A DNA stretch of 44,030 nucleotides from a virus. The stretch is from the IMG/VR virus record IMGVR_UViG_3300018915_000002. The stretch is one strand, 5' to 3'. The translations under genes and the position numbers were made by a program. The notes beneath the pieces were generated by a model. The model was not told the origin of the DNA and searched no databases. It saw only the letters and a list, made by a program, of their open reading frames with translations. Below are positions 38,761-44,030 of the stretch, one piece after another (the first letter of the stretch is position 1; each line of letters begins with the position of its first letter).

Positions 38761-39438
38761 TCAGATGGAATGTAAATCTTCTAATTCACATAAGTCCTTC
38801 TGAGTTTTCAACTCAGAAAATTCGTTTTTTAACAGAGGAACTGTATTTTTAAAGATTTGGACTAGTTGAGGGCTAAGAGAAAATCGCTCTGTATTTATTT
38901 CAATGCTGCGGTAGATGTCGCCATCACGATGTCTAGCGACAGCACAAATCCAGTCAACCAGCATCTCAATCACATCAAACAAGTTCATGTTATTCACAGA
39001 TGAGCAATACTCTTTTTGCTTTGTTCTCAAGAACTCCTGCATCTGCTCATATCCGTGTATGTCATCAGGCAAGACTTGGGCATTATCAATTGCCCACTGT
39101 GCCATTAGAAGATAGGTATTAATTGATTCACTCTCAGGGCAAGGCTGAAAAAACTCTGGATGGTGACGGTTATGAGCGTAGTGATTGTCTAGGGCTGGTT
39201 TCATCCCCTCTAAAAATCCTTTGTATTCCTCGCTACCGTATGTGCTAGTCGCTAGCTTAGGCGTATATTCGGTGAAGACCGAAACCTCAGGAGCAATCAA
39301 TTTGGTTCTATCGTGGGTAAACTGCCGACGCATCAACTCAATTTGGGCGCTGCCGAGCAACTGCATGACCAAATCAATGTGCTTCCAGGTCTCGGCGTTA
39401 GTGGCTTGTTCAGCTTGTGTTAATTCGTGTTCAGTCAT
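38761..39438 (-). CDS. DUF5662 / HD-like putative metal-dependent phosphohydrolase
   Basis: ATG at 39438. KHI...HDRTKL...YGSEEY...HYAHNRHHPEF...MNLFDVIEMLVDW. Stop codon supplied by the IS end. Confidence 0.75.
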   Translation of the reverse strand: MTEHELTQAEQATNAETWKHIDLVMQLLGSAQIELMRRQFTHDRTKLIAPEVSVFTEYTPKLATSTYGSEEYKGFLEGMKPALDNHYAHNRHHPEFFQPCPESESINTYLLMAQWAIDNAQVLPDDIHGYEQMQEFLRTKQKEYCSSVNNMNLFDVIEMLVDWICAVARHRDGDIYRSIEINTERFSLSPQLVQIFKNTVPLLKNEFSELKTQKDLCELEDLHSI

Positions 39439-39480
39439 TGTATAGATCGTGTGTAGGGTATATGCAGGCTGCACAGAGCC
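39439..39480 (-). repeat. 5'-UTR repeat element, shortened copy C
   Basis: CTACACACGATCTATACA (39439-39456) matches copy A at 17/18 and directly abuts the ATG. Confidence 0.7.
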
Positions 39481-39490
39481 TGTACTTGGA

Positions 39491-41020
39491 CTAATTGAGA
39501 ACTCGATACAGGTTTTCTTGTCTTCCTCCGTAAACGGCATTAACAGCTTCAATGCCGTCCTCCCATCTGAATTTGTGCTTACCAGATGAATTAGAAAGAA
39601 CCTTTGCACAACCAGGGGCAGAGCAAACCCCAATGTGCTTTCCAGGCTGAATCCAGATGTCTCCCGGCACTGCTTCTGCTCTAGTGATCTTTCTCCCTCG
39701 TCCACCAGTAAGTGCAGCTTCACAAGCGGCTACAGCGACAGGTACTCCCCAAGGCTCAATCGGAGCGCCTAGCATCTTCAATCCAGCAGGAATGATGCAA
39801 AATTTGTTCAAAGCATAAGCACAGCCGTTCCTACCTCCATCGGGTCCCGCAGCCGTATCAGCCTCTCTATTCGATTGCGCCGCTGCCCAAATCTTGGCAG
39901 GAATGTCTCCAGCAGCAGGAGCAGGTTGAGCGGCATCAGCTTGAGCTTGTTGCCCTGCGGCAATCTGTCCCGAATCACCTACTCCAAACACCTGGGGCTT
40001 AGGAGCATTCGGATCTGGTCTGTAGGCAACTAAATCGGCTTCTAGAGTGCGCCCAAAATAAAAAACAACCTCATCGACGGTAAAGGTTCCGTCAAGATCT
40101 TGCCCAAAGCCCTTCCCCTCAAACGTCACCTGAGCATCCAGTTTGAGAATGTCCGGCTGAGACGAAACATCAAGAGCGCACCTTAATATGTGCGATCGCT
40201 GGTTATCCAATGCCTGGATGCCGAGGGCATAGGAGAGGGCATCAAGTGGGGTGGTGGCTCCCGTTGCATTGAGAGTGCGCGTGGTTCCATCCCCTGTATC
40301 GATGCAACCTAGTCCGTAGTTGGAGGGCATGGGAGCTGCACCGACGGCAGTGGGGTCTAATCCGGATTTGAAGTAGGCGACTGCTTTCTGGCAAGCCTCA
40401 AGATAATGGCGAGTACCTGGTTGAGTGGTTCGGTGGACAAGTCCAGGGCTACCAGCATTCACGATACTGCGACAGTTTGCCCAATCCCCTTTTTCGGCAT
40501 AAGGGCGAATGTCTTTGTTCCCTGGTCCCCCACTCCAGTACCAGCAAGATATTTTGGCAGACAGTTCGGTGTCTTGAAGAATAATATCTGGATTATTAAC
40601 TACATCTACACCGAAAACCTTCTTTATCATCTGATACAGCTTTAGGTGCGTTGCTTGGATGAATCCTCGACCACGGTAAGGATCGTATTGACCCGTATAC
40701 TTGCTCGTGCCTTCTTTTTGGTTTTTAAAAGCACATTCCACGGCGATTGTGGTCAAAAATCCAACAAGCTGATTCTTGCTGATCATGTTTGCCGCCACCA
40801 TTGCCTTAGCAACAATGGGCCAGTTCTTCTCTACATCCTTGCGATTGACGTGTCCTCGGTAAACCGCCATGATGTCATCCACGCTCGGATAGAGCGCAGG
40901 AGCAGGTTTTGCCTGTGTTGTCCCACTAGCTCCCGCAGGGGTTGCGGAAGTTGCACCGGGAGTAGAAACCGCAGGCGTGGTAGGGCTTTGTGACGGTGCT
41001 AAAGGCTTGGTTTCAGGCAT
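39491..41020 (-). CDS. Virion-associated peptidoglycan hydrolase: GH19 lysozyme + baseplate-hub-like segment + NlpC/P60-like peptidase
   Basis: GH19: VEC..., YRGRGFIQAT, NNPDII, CWYW, IVN. Hub-like: GFGQDLDGTFTVDEVVF. NlpC/P60: GCAYALN...PGDI...HIGV...SNSS. Confidence 0.8.
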   Translation of the reverse strand: MPETKPLAPSQSPTTPAVSTPGATSATPAGASGTTQAKPAPALYPSVDDIMAVYRGHVNRKDVEKNWPIVAKAMVAANMISKNQLVGFLTTIAVECAFKNQKEGTSKYTGQYDPYRGRGFIQATHLKLYQMIKKVFGVDVVNNPDIILQDTELSAKISCWYWSGGPGNKDIRPYAEKGDWANCRSIVNAGSPGLVHRTTQPGTRHYLEACQKAVAYFKSGLDPTAVGAAPMPSNYGLGCIDTGDGTTRTLNATGATTPLDALSYALGIQALDNQRSHILRCALDVSSQPDILKLDAQVTFEGKGFGQDLDGTFTVDEVVFYFGRTLEADLVAYRPDPNAPKPQVFGVGDSGQIAAGQQAQADAAQPAPAAGDIPAKIWAAAQSNREADTAAGPDGGRNGCAYALNKFCIIPAGLKMLGAPIEPWGVPVAVAACEAALTGGRGRKITRAEAVPGDIWIQPGKHIGVCSAPGCAKVLSNSSGKHKFRWEDGIEAVNAVYGGRQENLYRVLN

Positions 41021-41059
41021 AAAAAAACGCCGAGGCGATCTACACAGAGATCGCCCCGG
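41021..41059 (-). terminator. Terminator-like hairpin + T7 immediately before the hydrolase ATG
   Basis: Minus strand reads CCGGGGCGATCT-CTGTGT-AGATCGCCTCGG-CG-TTTTTTT-ATG. Confidence 0.6.
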
Positions 41060-41117
41060 ACTGGGTTTTTAAATTTGATAATGTTAAGACTACTTTTGCA
41101 CAAAAAACTGAAAAATT

Positions 41118-42050
41118 ATGCCTAGCTCCTACAGAGACATAGTGGCTTATGGAGACTTTGTCCTTCCCCACATCACAGAAGGAGTGTTGTTACGGGTTGG
41201 GAGGGGCAACAAGGTAGAAGGGATGTTGCTTACTATTGGGGCAATTCCAGAACTTAACGATCACCTCAATAGAAAAATTGAGAAGATCAACGGGAGGGCA
41301 GGATTGGAAATTCTCCTTGCCCCAGAGGATGTTGGAGCAATAGCGATCGCAAATAACCTCTCAGACCTAGCGAATATTGCCCAAGCACGGATTAACCTGG
41401 GGCTAAGAAGTGCAGCATTGCGAGAGGCAGGGGAATTTGAATTGGCAGGGGCAGCCCTAAGTGCAATTGCCTCACTTAAGACGGAAGTTGGGCTAATTAC
41501 AAATTCACAAATTGCAATTGGGCGAAACACTGCAACAGAACGGCTAGAGGTATTCGGTGGAAACATCAAAATTCTGCGTGATACCACAAATAAGGGTGGC
41601 TACCTGATCTTCCAAAACCTAGCAGCTTCCACCACCATTTCCCACTATCTGTGGTACTCGCCGACTTTGGGAGTGCTGCGAAGACTTTCAGGAGCAACCG
41701 CCCCAGCTAACTTAGATGCAGATGGAGGTTTTGCCAACTGCAATCCCCCTGCCAATACTCAAGTTCTTACCGCAAGCTCCACGATATCCGTACAAAGCGA
41801 CATCCTTCCAGTTAGCGCAAACACAGCCATCACTTTGATTTCAACACCAGCCATTCAAGTGAGCGGAATGAGCGATGGGGCTTTGATCAAGATCTTAAAT
41901 ATTGGTTCCAACAACATTACGTTTCAGGGGAGAAATATTTTAATGAATTCTGGCGTTTCATTAGGAGCCAGTAGCACAAAGGCATTAGTCCCTAACCAGT
42001 TCCTACAGTTCATGTTTTTCAAAGGCATCTGGTATTTAGGGGGTGCTTAA
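41118..42050 (+). CDS. Putative tail fibre / receptor-binding protein
   Basis: ANNLSDLANIAQARINLGL fibre motif; IAIG..TATERLEVFGGNI beta repeat; beta-rich C-terminus. Confidence 0.7.
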   Translation: MPSSYRDIVAYGDFVLPHITEGVLLRVGRGNKVEGMLLTIGAIPELNDHLNRKIEKINGRAGLEILLAPEDVGAIAIANNLSDLANIAQARINLGLRSAALREAGEFELAGAALSAIASLKTEVGLITNSQIAIGRNTATERLEVFGGNIKILRDTTNKGGYLIFQNLAASTTISHYLWYSPTLGVLRRLSGATAPANLDADGGFANCNPPANTQVLTASSTISVQSDILPVSANTAITLISTPAIQVSGMSDGALIKILNIGSNNITFQGRNILMNSGVSLGASSTKALVPNQFLQFMFFKGIWYLGGA

Positions 42051-42056
42051 AGCGCC

Positions 42057-42070
42057 CACGGAACTCCGTG
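42057..42070. repeat. Palindrome CACGGAACTCCGTG
   Basis: Perfect consensus, 12 nt upstream of GTTACAAT. Confidence 0.85.
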
Positions 42071-42113
42071 CAGAGGAAAGTCGTTACAATCAAGAAAATC
42101 ACGGCACAAGGTA

Positions 42114-42353
42114 ATGATAAAGAAAATTAAGTTGTTTCTAGTCTTCGATGACTGGAGAAAGCTCAGTACAGGCCAGTCCATCTACGGCTCTCAAGAAGAT
42201 ATCGACAACGAGCTAAGTCTAGGAATCTTCCACTCCGGTACGACGTTTAATGCAGAAATAGAAGTAGATATAGGTCACGATAAAACGATAGCCGAAGCAT
42301 TGGCACTGGGAATCGTCCCGGTGTTCTGGGCTGAAGTTAAACCAGAAGAGTAG
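42114..42353 (+). CDS. Hypothetical protein
   Basis: 79 aa, preceded by a GTTACAAT -10 box (42083-42090) and followed by a terminator. Confidence 0.65.
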   Translation: MIKKIKLFLVFDDWRKLSTGQSIYGSQEDIDNELSLGIFHSGTTFNAEIEVDIGHDKTIAEALALGIVPVFWAEVKPEE

Positions 42354-42371
42354 CGATCGCTCCCTTAAAAC

Positions 42372-42409
42372 AAAAAATCCATCACGGATCTTCGTGATGG
42401 ATTTCTTTT
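42372..42409. terminator. Bidirectional terminator between convergent genes
   Basis: AAATCCATCACG-GATCTT-CGTGATGGATTT with A/T tails; its apex is a variant of the 14-bp palindrome (42383-42396). Confidence 0.75.
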
Positions 42410-42421
42410 GAGGCTAGGCTA

Positions 42422-43369
42422 TCAGTTGCCTAGGTCGATGTAGCCCAATAACTTGGCTAGAGTTTCCTTATTGTTACAGCTTGTTGCTGCCTCCTTGATT
42501 AAGTCGAGCATTCTTTGAACGTGATATCCTTCCGCTGTATGACTGTAGAGCAGTCTGTCTAAATGAATTTTTTGCCGAGCAATATCTGACTCGACAGATT
42601 TTTCATCAATAAATCGCTTGAGATCTTCGTCAGAGTAATTGATCAAGGACTTTGTATTGAAGCCCTGCTCTTCCAAGAGGTCAACAAAAAAACATAAACT
42701 GACAGTGCAGCGAGGCTCATCAATCTCTTCTTCAATTTTGTTTATTAACTCACTGAAGTTAACATTGTCGCGGATTTTGTCTATCAGCCAAGCCTTACTC
42801 GGTTCGTCAATTTCATCAGGAGAAGGAAGAACCGTTGGCTTTGGTTCGTGATGGAACGCTTGTCCAAGCTTGGGAGATGACTCTTTGTGTCCGCATTTAT
42901 CGCAAACAACATTATCAGATTGAAGCACAAGCCATCCTCCACACACAGAGCAAGATATTTGTTGTGCTTTTAATTCACCAGAGTCTATCAAATGCTCTAT
43001 CCTGTCATGGAAAGACTGCATATCATATCCACATCCATGTTCTGCGGTTTTTGCGACGATATCCATCCCTAGTTCTAGAGCATCTTCATCGCCGACTAAG
43101 CGATTAGAGGCACGAATAACAGCTTTCTTGGCTGATTCAATAATCTCCTGAAGACATTCCTCTGCCTTTATTTCAGAAAGGGAAGAAAGTGGAGTCCAAT
43201 CCGTACCGTAGTAGATGCGACCAATGGATGTGAACGTCTCCCGAAGGAGTTGTTCACGCCTCTCTCGCATCACATTTATTCCTGGTGAATCGAGTTTTCC
43301 TATTCCCAGTATGGCTATCTGGGATTCGATGTTTCCGATTTCAATCAGTTTCTGAATTAGTTCGTTCAT
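42422..43369 (-). CDS. Hypothetical protein with Zn ribbon
   Basis: 315 aa; CSVC...CDKC; upstream TGTTACAAT extended -10 (43395-43403). Confidence 0.75.
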   Translation of the reverse strand: MNELIQKLIEIGNIESQIAILGIGKLDSPGINVMRERREQLLRETFTSIGRIYYGTDWTPLSSLSEIKAEECLQEIIESAKKAVIRASNRLVGDEDALELGMDIVAKTAEHGCGYDMQSFHDRIEHLIDSGELKAQQISCSVCGGWLVLQSDNVVCDKCGHKESSPKLGQAFHHEPKPTVLPSPDEIDEPSKAWLIDKIRDNVNFSELINKIEEEIDEPRCTVSLCFFVDLLEEQGFNTKSLINYSDEDLKRFIDEKSVESDIARQKIHLDRLLYSHTAEGYHVQRMLDLIKEAATSCNNKETLAKLLGYIDLGN

Positions 43370-43417
43370 GTTTTTGCCTTAATCCACTTCTTTTATTGTA
43401 ACAAATAATAAACCCAC

Positions 43418-43431
43418 CACGGAAGTCCGTG
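43418..43431. repeat. Palindrome CACGGAAGTCCGTG
   Basis: Perfect consensus, 15 nt upstream of the minus-strand GTTACAAT. Confidence 0.85.
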
Positions 43432-43437
43432 ACGAAG

Positions 43438-43464
43438 AATCCATTCAAGAGGATGGATTTTTTT
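43438..43464 (+). terminator. Intrinsic terminator-like hairpin
   Basis: AATCCATTC-AAGA-GGATGGATT followed by a T run. Confidence 0.55.
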
Positions 43465-43512
43465 GTTGTCTAATGAAGGGCAAAATAATAAAGATCTTAT
43501 TCCCCTCATGAA

Positions 43513-43740
43513 ATGGAACACGCCCCGGAATTCAAGCTGTTGGTCTCAATCGTTGGGAAAATGGCGCAAGCACTAAGAATCTACGCCAAAGGCTGCGTCA
43601 ATCCAGAACTTGCCGAAGAGTACTGGGAAGCCTGTAAGTATCTTCAAACTAAAGGATACTTACAGTCATGGAAGGAAGGAAACGAGACAGCCCTATCCAC
43701 TATATCGGCAGTTTTGCAAGAAACATCTAATCAGGGGTGA
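43513..43740 (+). CDS. Hypothetical protein
   Basis: 75-aa ORF with ATG start, divergent from 43369. Confidence 0.55.
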   Translation: MEHAPEFKLLVSIVGKMAQALRIYAKGCVNPELAEEYWEACKYLQTKGYLQSWKEGNETALSTISAVLQETSNQG

Positions 43741-43882
43741 CGGAGACTTTGAGGATTGTGATGATAATTACGAGCTAGTATCTGGGGTTTCTCCAAAGAA
43801 TGCTACAATCGACCCTGCTGTGATTAGTAAATCCGCTGTCGTTGTTTTTGATGGAAGAGATTTTTTAGGAGTATAAATTCAA

Positions 43883-44030
43883 GTGGAAAATCTTCAACTA
43901 GAATCCCAACTAAAAGAAGTTTATGGCAAGAAAACAAAGTTCACGCTAAAGTTGAGTACCGAAGACAACAGAGTGCGGGTGTCACACGACGACAAATACC
44001 TAGACACTGGGTACTCGAATTACACAGTAG
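43883..44030 (+). CDS. Hypothetical protein, 3'-truncated by the window
   Basis: AGGAG RBS (43867-43871), GTG start, open to the window end (MENLQLESQLKEVYG...). Confidence 0.5.
   Translation, partial: MENLQLESQLKEVYGKKTKFTLKLSTEDNRVRVSHDDKYLDTGYSNYTV

Larger units (their letters stand above)
36947..38764 (-). mobile_element. IS200/IS605-family element (divergent tnpA + tnpB), target CCAT
   Basis: On the minus strand: CCAT|16 nt-GGTA-hairpin CTGCCACTA...TAGTGGCAG at the left end; GAAG-hairpin CTGCCGCTA...TAGCGGCAG-AGGATG-TCAC| at the right end. Both ends fit the guide/cleavage pairing rule. Confidence 0.9.

Noticed and set aside
39439-39723. N-terminal extension of the 320-aa ORF
   Set aside because: Overlaps the hydrolase gene and repeat C; the recognisable domain begins after ATG 39438.
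43610-43876. 88-aa ORF
   Set aside because: Overlaps the 75-aa gene by 131 nt with no convincing start; the acidic tail could be a gene remnant but cannot be supported.
1-44030. tRNA/rRNA genes, introns, inteins
   Set aside because: No cloverleaf, rRNA-like, splicing or intein terminal motifs recognised by eye; tRNAscan-SE/Infernal would be needed to exclude them.

Overview
The window looks like part of a large temperate cyanophage, prophage or phage-plasmid. At least 30 copies of the cyanobacterial HIP1 octamer GCGATCGC were counted by eye, none inside the two IS elements. 1-21126 is a 5'-truncated, >7,000-aa tape-measure protein with internal repeat modules and an embedded DnaJ J-domain. 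It is followed by six divergent paralogs (21123-26773) sharing an N-terminal leader (YELAKL-like in most; WRExPVxRxxGRFAS-like in five), and then by a tail-tube-initiator-like gene. 29-39 kb is a minus-strand accessory region: tandem RHH protein, DUF932, ATP-grasp-like protein, DUF6527, Fet4-like iron permease, DUF5662/HD-like protein and two complete IS200/IS605 elements (tnpA+tnpB). The right end holds a GH19/hub/NlpC-P60 murein hydrolase and a tail-fibre-like gene. Non-coding signals are (i) a 14-bp palindrome CACGGAnnTCCGTG with 9 perfect and 4 one-mismatch copies, in genes and over promoters, which is also the predicted guide of one TnpB; (ii) a ~65-bp 5'-UTR repeat built of ~11-bp-phased boxes; and (iii) terminator-like hairpins directly before virion genes. 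Family assignments come from motif recognition by eye, not database searches.
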